Positions 25,782 to 37,735 of a stretch of DNA of 64,000 nucleotides are shown piece after piece; position 1 is the stretch's first letter, and the number at the start of each line of letters is the position of its first letter. This DNA is from Malacoraja senta (Eukaryota), in NCBI GenBank assembly GCA_038087875.1, contig CM075977.1, forward strand, positions 92,628,001 through 92,692,000. The letters are read 5' to 3'. The notes under the pieces are model-generated. The model was not told where the DNA came from. It was given only the letters and a program-made list of their open reading frames with translations, and made no database searches. Both the position numbers and the translations under genes were made by a program.

Positions 25782-26813
25782 CTAGGAGGGAAAAACAGAG
25801 ACACAAATGTTGAGAAAGTTGATAAAAATATTATAGCATAACTAGGATATTGTAGTCTCCCCTAAATCAATCACTTCCTTCTATGCATTTTCTCTAATTA
25901 TATTGATTATTATAACATCATTATAACATCCTCAACATTTGCCCTTAGTTTGTTTTAATGTTTCCGTACCTATCTATCTAACAAATTAATGAGAAACATA
26001 TCTACTTTAAGATTTGTAAAATATCTTTGAACTGGCACCTGAGCCTGCAGAAGTATCTAAACAATTGTAAGCATTGGGTCGGAAATCCTCAGAGTGTAAG
26101 GGTGAACTAATGCCCTCCACTGGCTGCAGTTTATAAGATAAAGTACATCTCTCCCACCTCTTCCTGTTGTAGGAAAGAAAGGGGAAATATACTTTTCACC
26201 ATATTCCGTATATCTGAGCTTTAGTTATGCCATTCATTATGTGCCCAGAAATCTAGGTCATTCTCTTCATCCCCCATCTTCCACAATTCATATGCACTTA
26301 GTGGGTCATCTAATTGAACAATGCTACAATAAGTCCCAAAAGAGGCACAAAAATGTAGGAACCCTGCTTAGAGTGGATTTCTGCGACAATTTCTGCCTTC
26401 AAGATATTGGCAGATCTGCACCTTAACAGTGTTCTCTGAAGTCCCAGAAAGATGCGTGATTCATCATATGTTTTTTTTTTTTAAATATGGTTCATGAGTG
26501 CTAATGATATTTAACTTCTTGTTGAGTTATCCATGAGTTACCCATGAGTAAAGATTATGGCAGCAAAAACTACTTGTCTTTGTCCTTCTCTTAACTGTAC
26601 AGGGTAGAAAAGAGCAGTACTATTTTAGGAAGGCATTTGTTAAGGACAGATAAGGGACTTAGCAGCACATTGGTGGTGACATGCAACTCTTCAAGCATTT
26701 CTAGTGCATGCTGGCAACATCAAGGTGCTTTGTCATGCAAACTTCAAGTTCTAAATATGGAAACCACTTCATAAAAGGCTTGATCCAAAGTGAAATTAAT
26801 TGTTTAGGACATG

Positions 26814-27972
26814 CATGGGCGGAAATCCTGGGGTGACAGGGGGGACACGTCCCCTCTATATTTTGAGAGGTGGGGGACAATCCTCCCCATGTTTTGTAAT
26901 CTGGATTTTGAAATTCGGTGAAAAAAAAAATCTGTTAAAAATCTCCACTTTCCCCGAGACAGTGGTGGTGGGACTGATGATCGAGGGCGCCGATTGGACG
27001 AGAGAGACGTCGGTCAGCTGGCAGTGCGGGGGGTGGGACCATGAAGATTCAGCGCGATGATTGGAGGAGGGAGGTGTCGGTCAGAGGCGGAAGTAGGGGG
27101 GTGGGACTGAGGATAGAGCGCAGTGATTGGAGGATGGAGACGTCCTGGTGGAGCAAAGATCATAGAGAGGAGCTTGAATCGACCCGTTCGCGGGTCCTTT
27201 CATCGCCCATCAGTTGAATCATATTTTTAATATTTACTGACCAATAATAATACATAAAATTAGGTAGTGCTAAACCCCCTAATACTTTAGGTTTATTCAG
27301 ATGAGTTTTTTGTATTCTATGTGATTTATAGTCCCATATAAAATTAGTGATATCCGAGTCGAGTTTTTAAAAAAACTTCTTTGGTAAGTATATAGGAATT
27401 GATTGAAATAGGTATAAAATTTGTGGTAAAAAGATCATTTTAATTGCGTTTATTCGGCCTATTAAAGACATCGGGAACGTTTTCCAGAATTTAATTAGTG
27501 TGTTTAATTTATTAAGTAAAGGGGTCAAAATTTGCCCTAAACATACCTTGATATGATCTGGTAATTTCGATTCCCAAATATTTAAATTTTTCTGTAGCTA
27601 TTTTAAAAGGGAATTTTAAAAGATGTGTTGAATCTTTCGGGTTTTATTGACATAATTTCACTTTTATTCCAATTTATTCTATATCCAGAAAAAGATCCAA
27701 AGTCTTCAATTAAATTTAATATATTTGGTATAGTGATTTGAGGTTTTGTAATGTACAGTAATATATCATCCGCGTATAAAGATATTTTATTATATGAATC
27801 GGGGTGGACGAAGCTGCTGTTGCTGGAGTTCGGAGTCGGTCACCAACCATGTCAGCTCCCGATGTTACCGTCCACAGGGCCCACGGCCGAAGCCTCGCGT
27901 GTGTGTGCGCGCGTTCGGCCGCCAAGAAATTGTGTCCCCCCCCCCATGTTTTGACAGTGATTTCCTCCCCTG
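26814..27972. mobile_element. Non-autonomous hAT-like DNA element interrupted by an L1 fragment; right end duplicated at 30506-30678
   Basis: Imperfect 14-bp TIRs CATGGGCGGAAATC / GATTTCCTCCCCTG (12/14). Subterminal GGGGAC/GTCCCC motifs and three internal GATTGGA repeats. The TSD is not clean. Confidence 0.6.
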
Positions 27973-30900
27973 CAGGTTCATGAATAAGCACGGTTTAGAG
28001 GGATGTGGGCCAAACACGGACAGACGGGACTAGTGTCGACGGGGCATCGAGGTTGTCATGGGCAGGTTGGGCCAAAGGGCCTGTTTCTGTGCTGCATGAA
28101 TCTATGACTGTGAGTTGGGCGAAAGTTCATTGGGTACATTTTGTGAAAATAAAATCGCTTTTAAGGATACACTACAAGGAATAGGGCAAAAAGTAGTTTA
28201 GTGGCACTTCAAAATATAAAAAGGGCAGTTGGAATTGCATTGCATGATCAACTCTCGTCCGTATTTTATTTAATAGAAAACAAAAAGCCCAGATATCAAG
28301 TGAGCTAGCACTGCACAACTGTCAATTTTGAGTTACCGCCCAGTAACATTTCCTTCTAATCATGGTCTTCAGCTGAAATTTTGTTGGATTTGGAACCAAA
28401 TTCTTTTTTTTAAATTTTTTTTTTAAATTTTTATTTATTAGAAGTACATTACATTACAACCACATACATTAGTACTCGTCATTTATATCTTCTTACAATT
28501 AATGTACTCCATTTATTTTTTACACTAGAAAAGGAAAAGATTGAAAGAAAGAAGAAAGTGAAGGAAAAAGTGAAAGTGTAGGAAATGTGACAACAAAAAA
28601 GGACGAAGACCCTATAAGAGCAAAATTAAAAACAAAAGAAAAAGAGTTGAAATAGACCCTAGGAAAGAAAGAGAGAGAAAAAGAGGAAAAAGAGAGAAAC
28701 AAATATTTTTATGAGCATTACGTAAATGGGACATACCAATTCTTCAACTATCATCCCCCCTTACCTGACCTCAATTTTTTTTTTTTTTTTTTAAAGTACT
28801 TTTGCACCCTATGTTTGTAATAATTCTATAAATGCAGACCACGTCAGGTGGAAGTGATCTGGTTTACCTGCTAGGAGGAGTCTTATCTCTTCTAGGTGTA
28901 ATGTTTCAAACATATTTGAAATCCACATATTTATAGTTGGTATTGGAGCCTTCTTCCAAAATTTTAGAATTAGCTTTTTTCCAATTATTAACCCATAGTC
29001 CATTAGTTTCTTTTGAAACACATTTAGTTCTGGACCATCTTCCGTTATACCGAAGATAATCCATTCTGCTTTGGGTATCAGTCTTGTTTTAAATAACTTT
29101 GTAAAGATTTCAAAAATTTCATTCCAAAATTTTTGAATTTTTGTACAGAAAACGAATGAGTGCGCTATAGTAGCTTCTTGGGATTGACATTTATCATAAA
29201 TAGATGATACATTTGGGAAAATTTTATGAATTTTAGTTTTCGAATAATATAATCTATGTAAAATTTTAAATTGTATTAAAGTGTGTCTTACATTAATCGA
29301 GCATTTATGCACGTTTAATAAGTATTCATTCCAACTTTCCTTTGAAATTTTAATAGCTAACTCTTGTTCCCAGTCTCTTCTGATACCCTCCGTAGGTGGT
29401 ATTTGTACATTTAAGATAATATTATACAAATATGATATTAAGTTTGCTGATTCCGCTTTTATCTGCATTGCCTCATCCTATACATCTACTGGGATATTAT
29501 AATGATCTTTTGTATATTTTTTCAAATAGTCGCATATTTGAAAATATTTAAAATATTGATTATTTCCGAGTTTATATTTTATTTGTAATTGTTGAAATGA
29601 AAGTAATTTTCCAGTTTCATACAAGTCACCAAGCGTTTTAATTCCTAATCTATCCCATTGTGTATAAGCTTTATCTATAATAGAAGGATTAAACGAAGGG
29701 TTATTGACTATAGGTAATAAAAGTGATAAATTTCTTAATTTTAAATTTTGTTTTATTTGTTTCCAAATTCGGATTGTACTATGAATAAATGGGTTCTTAT
29801 TATAATTTATGTTATTCAGTTTCATTGGAGAGAGGAGGATCGCTCCAATGTTTCTAGAGGAGCAATCCTCTTTCTCCATTACAATCCAGTCCACTTGCTG
29901 GGCGGAGTTATCCATCAGTTGAATCATATTTTTAATATTTACTGACCAATAATAATACATAAAATTAGGTAGTGCTAAACCCCCTAATACTTTAGGTTTA
30001 TTCAGATGAGTTTTTTGTATTCTATGTGATTTATAGTCCCATATAAAATTAGTGATATCCGAGTCGAGTTTTTAAAAAAACTTCTTTGGTAAGTATATAG
30101 GAATTGATTGAAATAGGTATAAAATTTGTGGTAAAAAGATCATTTTAATTGCGTTTATTCGGCCTATTAAAGACATCGGGAACGTTTTCCAGAATTTAAT
30201 TAGTGTGTTTAATTTATTAAGTAAAGGGGTCAAAATTTGCCCTAAACATACCTTGATATGATCTGGTAATTTCGATTCCCAAATATTTAAATTTTTCTGT
30301 AGCTATTTTAAAAGGGAATTTTAAAAGATGTGTTGAATCTTTCGGGTTTTATTGACATAATTTCACTTTTATTCCAATTTATTCTATATCCAGAAAAAGA
30401 TCCAAAGTCTTCAATTAAATTTAATATATTTGGTATAGTGATTTGAGGTTTTGTAATGTACAGTAATATATCATCCGCGTATAAAGATATTTTATTATAT
30501 GAATCGGGGTGGACGAAGCTGCTGTTGCTGGAGTTCGGAGTCGGTCACCAACCAGGTCAGCTCCCGATGTTACCGTCCACAGGGCCCACGGCCGAAGCCT
30601 CGCGTGTGTGTGCGCGCGTTCGGCAGCCAAGAAATTGTGTCCCCCCCCCCCATGTTTTGACAGCGATTTCCTCCCCTGCAGGTACATAAATAAGCACGGT
30701 TTAGAGGGATGTGGGCCAAACACGGACAGACGGGACTAGTGTCGACGGGGCATCGAGGTTGTCATGGGCAGGTTGGGCCAAAGGGCCTGTTTCTGTGCTG
30801 CATGAATCTATGACTGTGAGTTGGGCGAAAGTTCATTGGGTACATTTTGTGAAAATAAAATCGCTTTTAAGGATACACTACAAGGAATAGGGCAAAAGTA

Positions 30901-31110
30901 GTTTAGTGGCACTTCAAAATATAAAAAGGGCAGTTGGAATTGCATTGCATGATCAACTCTCGTCCGTATTTTATTTAATAGAAAACAAAAAGCCCAGATA
31001 TCAAGTGAGCTAGCACTGCACAACTGTCAATTTTGAGTTACCACCCAGTAACATTTCCTTCTAATCATGGTCTTCAGCTGAAATTTTCTTGGATTTGGAA
31101 CCAAATTCTT
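27207..31110 (+). repeat. Direct duplication of ~1.2 kb (27207-28405 and 29912-31110), offset 2705 bp
   Basis: Read directly. It comprises an L1 segment A (594 bp) and a flank segment X (605 bp). The duplicated ORFs at 27716/30421 and 27751/30456 in the track reflect it. Confidence 0.95.
28406..30505 (-). mobile_element. 5'-truncated, disabled copy of the same L1/Tx1-like family
   Basis: Same 3' UTR and tail as 37736-40389. ORF pieces 28809-29468 and 29478-29960, a premature TAG at 29478 and frameshifts upstream. Confidence 0.95.
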
Positions 31111-33384
31111 GATTGATGGCCACTCTTTCACCTCCAAACAAGTAGCAAAGATGTAATTTGTCAACAAGCACTCTTCAGTTTTTGTCTCTTAATTACATGC
31201 CATTTGCTTATAAAATGATAAAGGGTGAAAATTAGGCAAAAATTTGGGAACATAATTTTCAGTGAAAACCTATTGTATATATGGTCTCCATTCTTCATAA
31301 ATAAGATTATTGCTGGTACCAAATATTGAAATATTTGCATTTGCATGAATTTGACTGTTACAAATACCTTGAATATAAAACTAACATTTTATGATAGCAT
31401 TATACTTGTTCATTGACAATTGGCCTATACGGTAAAGATTGAGAAATTGCTAATCAAATTATAAAATAAAATAAAATTGTCATTACAAAATTCAAGGCAT
31501 GCAGACCACAACATGCTATTTTGATGCTTTCCACCAATCCTGCTTAATAAGAACATTTGAACAAGAATTATTTTGACAGCCTGTTTATCAAGGCCCTTTC
31601 CAATAATGGCGAACAGACAACACAATTGAATAGACAAAATACATTCACAACAGATCATTACAGAATCGTTCTTAGCTTTTTTCATTCCATAGTTCATTGC
31701 CAATCACTTTGGATCAGTGCCAATTCTTTTTGTTTGTATTTTGAGTGGCTGACTGCCAGCCTCACATTTTGCATTTTAAAACCTGCTGCAAATTAATTTT
31801 TTGCAGTTCAGTAGGATGAATGGTAGACTACTTTCTGGTGCAATGATAACATTGTGGCCTGATTTATTCATTTAGAAGGACACCAGAATATCTGTGAGGT
31901 TTTTTTTTCTGCAGCAATATATAGAGCAGGTTCAAAATTGGCTTCACATTGCCCCAGAATTTGCTATTTTGGTGTACTGTTCTTTCTCATTGCTGACCCT
32001 CTAAACATTTTTCAACATCTTGTGGCTCCCTCAGTGAAAGGTTACTCGAAGAAACTTGCCCTATCCTCAGTGGCATGATCTTCATGTGATCTAAATAGCC
32101 GTACATAGTCGAGTGGTACGAGAAGCAGTCCTCATCCACATAACTAGTAAATGATACTGAACATTTTTCAAACTGTTAAATTATTACGGAAATAAAACCA
32201 AACCATTTATAAAATTCCAAACAGTTCAAAATATTTTTTTAAATCCTAGCCATTTAACAGATTAAAAATAGAAAATCCTAGTCCCCTGCCAGCCATTTTC
32301 TCCTATTGAAAATAATAAAACTTCTGTTCCAGATGCATGCCCACATAAGTTGTTCAAGTGATGAGGAGCTCAACAGAGTGCAATTAAAGGCAGGCCAGGG
32401 AATAGCTGTCTGCAGTTTCATGACTTGTGGGGTAATGTAAATCCCAAACCATTCTGGCATTAGGTGGGCAGAAGCCTGCAGCTGCACACAGAACTGCCAG
32501 CGTTCTCCCTCTGGATCTAGGCCATCTAATCCTGAATGTCTCACAATCAAACTAAAAACTGAGCCCTTCTGCTTCCTGCGTTGGCTATTTGTCACATATC
32601 TCAAATTATGAAGTTTAAAACCATGAACATCTCACTCTAGAAATAATTGAAATGGATCCCTTCAAAACTACAAAGAAAATATATTCACAAGATATTTTAG
32701 GCAATCCAGATTGTGACAGCTATAAAAAGGTCTAATCAACCTCTTGCAGCAAGGGGTAGTTAATCAACAATATTAACTTATTTAATTCTGTATTTTGAGT
32801 AATTAATGTTCAATTTAATACAACCTTCACACAAGTAGAAGAACACTGCATTAAGTAACATATCAATTAAAACTACAATTCTAAACAAGTCACACGAACA
32901 GAGACGATGCTATTGTAACTAATGCATATCCATACGAGTAACATTGGAGGGAATTATGGTGGGATATTTGTTTAGTGGTCTGCAGAACTCAATGGGCATC
33001 TTCTTTACTGTACATTTCAGAGACTGGGACACAGCTAGTACAGCTGCTGCTTTATAGCTCATGGCCTGGTTCAAATCAGATCTCCAATGTTGTCTGTGGA
33101 GTTTACATTCTCTCCCTGTAATCACATTATTTTCTCCCTAGTTTTCCAGTCTCCTGCCACACCCCAAAGACATGTGGGTTAGTAATGTAATTGGCTACTG
33201 TAAACTGCCCTTCGTATATAGGCAAGTGGAAACTATTCTGAATATAGAGAGCTCAGCTCAAGGGAAAACTAGTGAGGAATGGGATTGCTCTGTGCTATGC
33301 ACATCAGTGGAGTCAAATCGCCTCCTTCTGTCATAAAGGAAATATAATGCCCTTTTACAGTGAATCTAGACAGCATTTCATTTA

Positions 33385-33678
<294 letters not shown>

Positions 33679-33923
33679 TTAGTTATCACTGAACATAAAA
33701 TTTCATGCAAATATTATGGTACTGTTGAGTACATTTTGTCCACATTCACAAAACAGTAATGGTCTGAAATTGTATGCAGATCCTTCAGGAATTTCAGTGT
33801 TGAAAAGGTTACAGGACATTAAAACGAAGTGCAACAGTTCTGTCAGCGTTCAGTCAAAACTAGTTTCTAACTCAAGGCCTGGCAATTGGTTGTATCCAGA
33901 AACCAGTCCACCATTTTCTACAT

Positions 33924-34388
33924 CAATAGACAATAGGTGCAGGAGTAGGCCTTTCGGTCGTTTGAGCCAGCACCGCCATTCACTGTCATCATGGCTGATC
34001 ATAGAAACATAGAAACATAGAAATTAGGTGCAGGAGTAGGCCATTCGGCCCTTCGAGCCTGCACCGCCATTCAATATGATCATGGCTGATCATCCAACTC
34101 AGTATCCCGTACCTGCCTTCTCTCCATACCCTCTGATTCCTTTAGCCACAAGGGCCACATCTAGCTCCCTCTTAAATATAGCCAATGAACTGGCCTCACC
34201 CCCAACCAGTACCCCTTCTCCCCATATCCCTTGACTCCGCTATCTTTCAGAGCTCTATCTAATTTTCTCTCTTGAAAGCATCCAGAGAACCGGCCTCCAC
34301 CGCCCTCTGAGGCAGAGAATTCCACAGACTCACAACTCTCTGTGTGAAAAAGTATTTCCTCATCTCCGTTCTAAATGGCTTACCCCCT
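33924..34388 (-). mobile_element. Nested CR1 LINE 3' ends
   Basis: Minus translation GKPFRTEMRKYFFTQRVVSLWNSLPQRAVEA, (CATAGAAA)n tail and two stacked 3' UTRs. Short tails of the same type at ~5490-5586 and ~60313-60445. Confidence 0.85.
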
Positions 34389-35749
34389 ACATCAATTGCA
34401 GCAGTCACTCCTGATGTCCAGGTAGCAGCTAATTGCCCGGTTCTTCTTGACAGATTCAATGGGCATTGTTTTGGATGCTGTAGGGTCCTGTAGTGATACA
34501 CTCAAACCCATCGGAAGCCCTACAATTCATTGTTTCTAGTATCATAAATACTGCTGAATTGTTATGCTTACTGACTGAATAATGCAACTGTGGCAGAAAA
34601 CCTGAAGCCTACATCCATATCGGCCACATTATGTCAGATGACCAAGGGAACAAAAAAATGCCATGAAATTTATCAAATACTACAATGGGAATGCCTGGAT
34701 CTAAAATGAAAAACAAACTAGTCTTTTTCGTTCGAAAAAACAAACTGCTGGAGTAACTTAGTGGGTCATTATGGAGATAAATGGAGATAAATGGGTAGAT
34801 GACGTTTCAGGTCAGCTCTCTTCTTCAGACTGGTGAGGAGAGGGGAGTGAGGAGAATATCTGAATTGGCCGACTTTGAGGAGTTTTCATTGTGGAGCAGT
34901 AAATTTGATTCACAAGAGACTGCTGATGCTGAAATCATATGCAAAAAAATAACCTCAGCAGGTCAGTCAGTATCTGTGAAAGGAAATAGATGGTTAAAAT
35001 TTCAGTTGGGGACCCTTCTTCCGCCTAATGGAGAAAAGGGATCTGAAGGTCTGAAGAAGGGTCCTGACTTGAAACATCATATTGTTGGGAAAGAATGTTT
35101 TTTGCTCCAGGCTCATGGTCTATTCCACATTTATCAGCAACCTGAATGAATACAGGTATGTTCCTGTTCCCTGTGCTGTACTTCTTTTTCTGTTTCTTTC
35201 CAATTCTTCCCCCATTTTGGTTTGCCTCCTTTGCCACAAATCCACTAATCTGTTGACAATTCCTCTTTCCACAGGCTCTCCCACTTTCAAACCCATTTTC
35301 ATGGCTTTCACAGCACCTCCAATGATACACTATATTTCATGCTTTCCTTTGTTTGTCCATCCTACTTCATTGTTCACCATTCTTGGGAATGAATGGGTTT
35401 CCATTTCACAAGTACTGGAGCTAAACCATTTGAGGTTAAATACCCTCACTTGCACAACAACTAGAGTCTCTTTAAAAGTCTGCATTCAAATGTGAGTCAA
35501 TGTGTGCTTTCAATAGATGTGTGATTTGAGATGTCTTTCTTGGAGGAAGCTAGGTACAAATATACAACATACATCCAGGGGTATGTGCCAGCTACAATTA
35601 CATTGCACAGTCAATCAGCTGTAACTGAAGTTCAGGAACCCACCCCATGGAAACGCTTCAAAAGTTCCTGTTGTTGGGAGAAGTTGGCTCCACATCCTAG
35701 ACATTCCACATTGTTTTTTTCACTGGCAGCTGCCGTGCTTAAAGGCTAA

Positions 35750-35976
35750 AGAGCCTGTCCCACTGGCTATTTTTTCGCCGATTGCCGGCATCATTGACTG
35801 ACATATCAGGTCACCGAAAAATTTGCTGCGGTGATGCAGCTTGATGACGTACGACGCGCGGTGTTATTTTAAGTGTCGCAACACTTTTTTTTGTCACCGC
35901 TGGATTTTGAAATGTTCAAAATCTTTTGGCGACACTGATATGTCGCCGAAAAAAATCGCCAAGTGGGACAGGCCCT
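35750..35976. mobile_element. PIF/Harbinger-type MITE, TSD TAA
   Basis: TIRs AGAGCCTGTCCCACT / AGTGGGACAGGCCCT, flanked by TAA on both sides. Confidence 0.85.
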
Positions 35977-36219
35977 TAAATGACATGCTCGTCATGTGTG
36001 TGATGACCAATTGGCTTCCTTGTAGAGGAACGGAAGTCTCTGGGAGAAATCTAGTTTCAAGACTATAAACCCCCTTCCAATTTGTCAGCTATCTCAATTG
36101 CTCCTAAAATCCATAAATAAATGCTAGATACCCTACTTACCCCTGTTACAATTTCCTACTCCTCAATAGGCTGTGGACCAACAATTACACGCAGCACAGA
36201 GTTGCCCTCTCCTATCTCT

Positions 36220-36603
36220 CCAGAGACACACCTTGGCTACTCCCTCTTCTCCCCTCTCCCATCGGGCAAGTGGTATAAAAGTGTGAAAACGCACAACTCC
36301 AGATTCAGGGACAGTTTCTTCCCAGCTGTTAAAACAAAACCATCCTACCACGACTAGAGCGTGGTCCTGAACTACTATATACCTCACAAAAGACCCTCAG
36401 ACTATCTTTGATCAGACTTTACTGGCTATATCTTACACTAAACGTTATTCACGTTATTCCCTTAATCTTGTATCTGTACACTGTGAATGGCTTGAGTGTA
36501 ATCATGTATTGTCTTTCTGGTGACTGGTCAGCACACAACAAAAGCGTTTCACTATAACCTCGGTACACGTCACGGTAAACAAAACAAAATTAAATTAAAC
36601 AAA
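36220..36603 (+). mobile_element. Rex/Babar- or L2-like LINE 3' fragment; related remnants at ~50490-51110, ~57100-58050 and ~61440-61615
   Basis: HLGYSLFSPLPSGKWYKSVKTHNSRFRDSFFPAV C-terminal motif followed by a repeat tail. Confidence 0.7.
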
Positions 36604-36701
36604 TCTATCTCAAGTATATCATTGTTGAACTAATCTGACCCCAGAAAACCAGTGTGGTGGTCAAAATATTGCTGCTGAACCCTCACCACTGCTCATTACG
36701 T

Positions 36702-36843
36702 GGGGTGGGAAATTGCAACCTTCACGTGGTTGCAACCTTCCTGTTTCGAAGAATGCGATCAACCCGGCGTGCACAATCAAATAAGATCAAATAGAACAAG
36801 TTGTCCTACAACTTTAGGCTGTGCACGCCATACACAAGAAGAA
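36702..36843 (+). mobile_element. Second copy (142 bp) of the ribozyme-headed retroposon, ribozyme degenerate; 11-bp TSD GCTCATTACGT
   Basis: TSD at 36691-36701 and 36844-36854. Same GGGGTGG 5' end and GAA tail. The P1 3' strand is disrupted and the catalytic C is changed to A. Confidence 0.9.
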
Positions 36844-37067
36844 GCTCATTACGTCCGGTTTCGATGACTGTAATATGCAGCTTGCCCGCTTTCCATCTTC
36901 CCCATCCATATATTGTTCATCCAAACCAATGCACCACTGATCCCCTTTGCCTCCATTTCCCCGTGCTTGCTGACTTAAAGTAACCCCAGTTTAGAACAGA
37001 CAAATTAAAAAGCCACCCCCCTCCATCTCTCGGTTGCTGCTCCCTATCTTACCGCTTTCTCTTCCTT

Positions 37068-37290
37068 AGTAGACAGAAAATGCTGGAGAAACTCAGCGGG
37101 TGAGGCAGCATCTATGGAGAAAAGGAGTATGCGACGTTTCGGGTCGAGACCCTTCTTCAGACTGAAGAAGGGTCTCGACCCGAAACGTCGCCTACTCCTT
37201 TTCTCCATAGATGCTGCATCACCTGTTGAGTTTCTCCAGCATTTTTTGCTTACTTTCGATTTTTCCAGCATCTGGAGTTCCTTCTTAAAT
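37068..37290. mobile_element. Penelope-derived palindromic element (arms 37068-37160 and 37162-37254) with a hammerhead core on each strand
   Basis: Near-perfect inverted repeat centred on 37161. CTGAAGAAGGGTCTCGACCCGAAACGTC at 37162-37189 (+) and 37133-37160 (-). Confidence 0.85.
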
Positions 37291-37735
37291 ACTTTCTCTT
37301 CCTTAAATGACTTATTAAAACCTACCTTTTGACCAAACTTTTAGATACTTCCCCTACTGCGGTCTGCCTGGTGTCAGTTTTTAACAAACAATACAAACAA
37401 AGGACTCTGGAAATTCTCAACAAGTCAGGCAGCATCTGCGAACGTGTCACATTAATGAACTCTGTTTCTTTAGATGCAACATCTTCATATGTTATGTATT
37501 TTTTCCAGTGTCTGTTATATTTTGCATCAGCTACATTTTTCATCTGCCTGATAACACATCTGTGAGGATTCAAGGGATGCTTCATAATATTCAATGTGCT
37601 TTATAAATGCAACTGGAACAAGACCCATGATATAAATGGTCATGATATATATCATCAGCACCATATATGGCATGATATATATCATCATTTGGTCACCTAT
37701 TGATGATTAACCTGTCAGTCTGTAAAATGTCTTTC

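Noticed and set aside
37044-37332. Mirror ORFs on both strands with near-identical peptides
   Set aside because: This follows directly from the DNA palindrome and is not protein coding.
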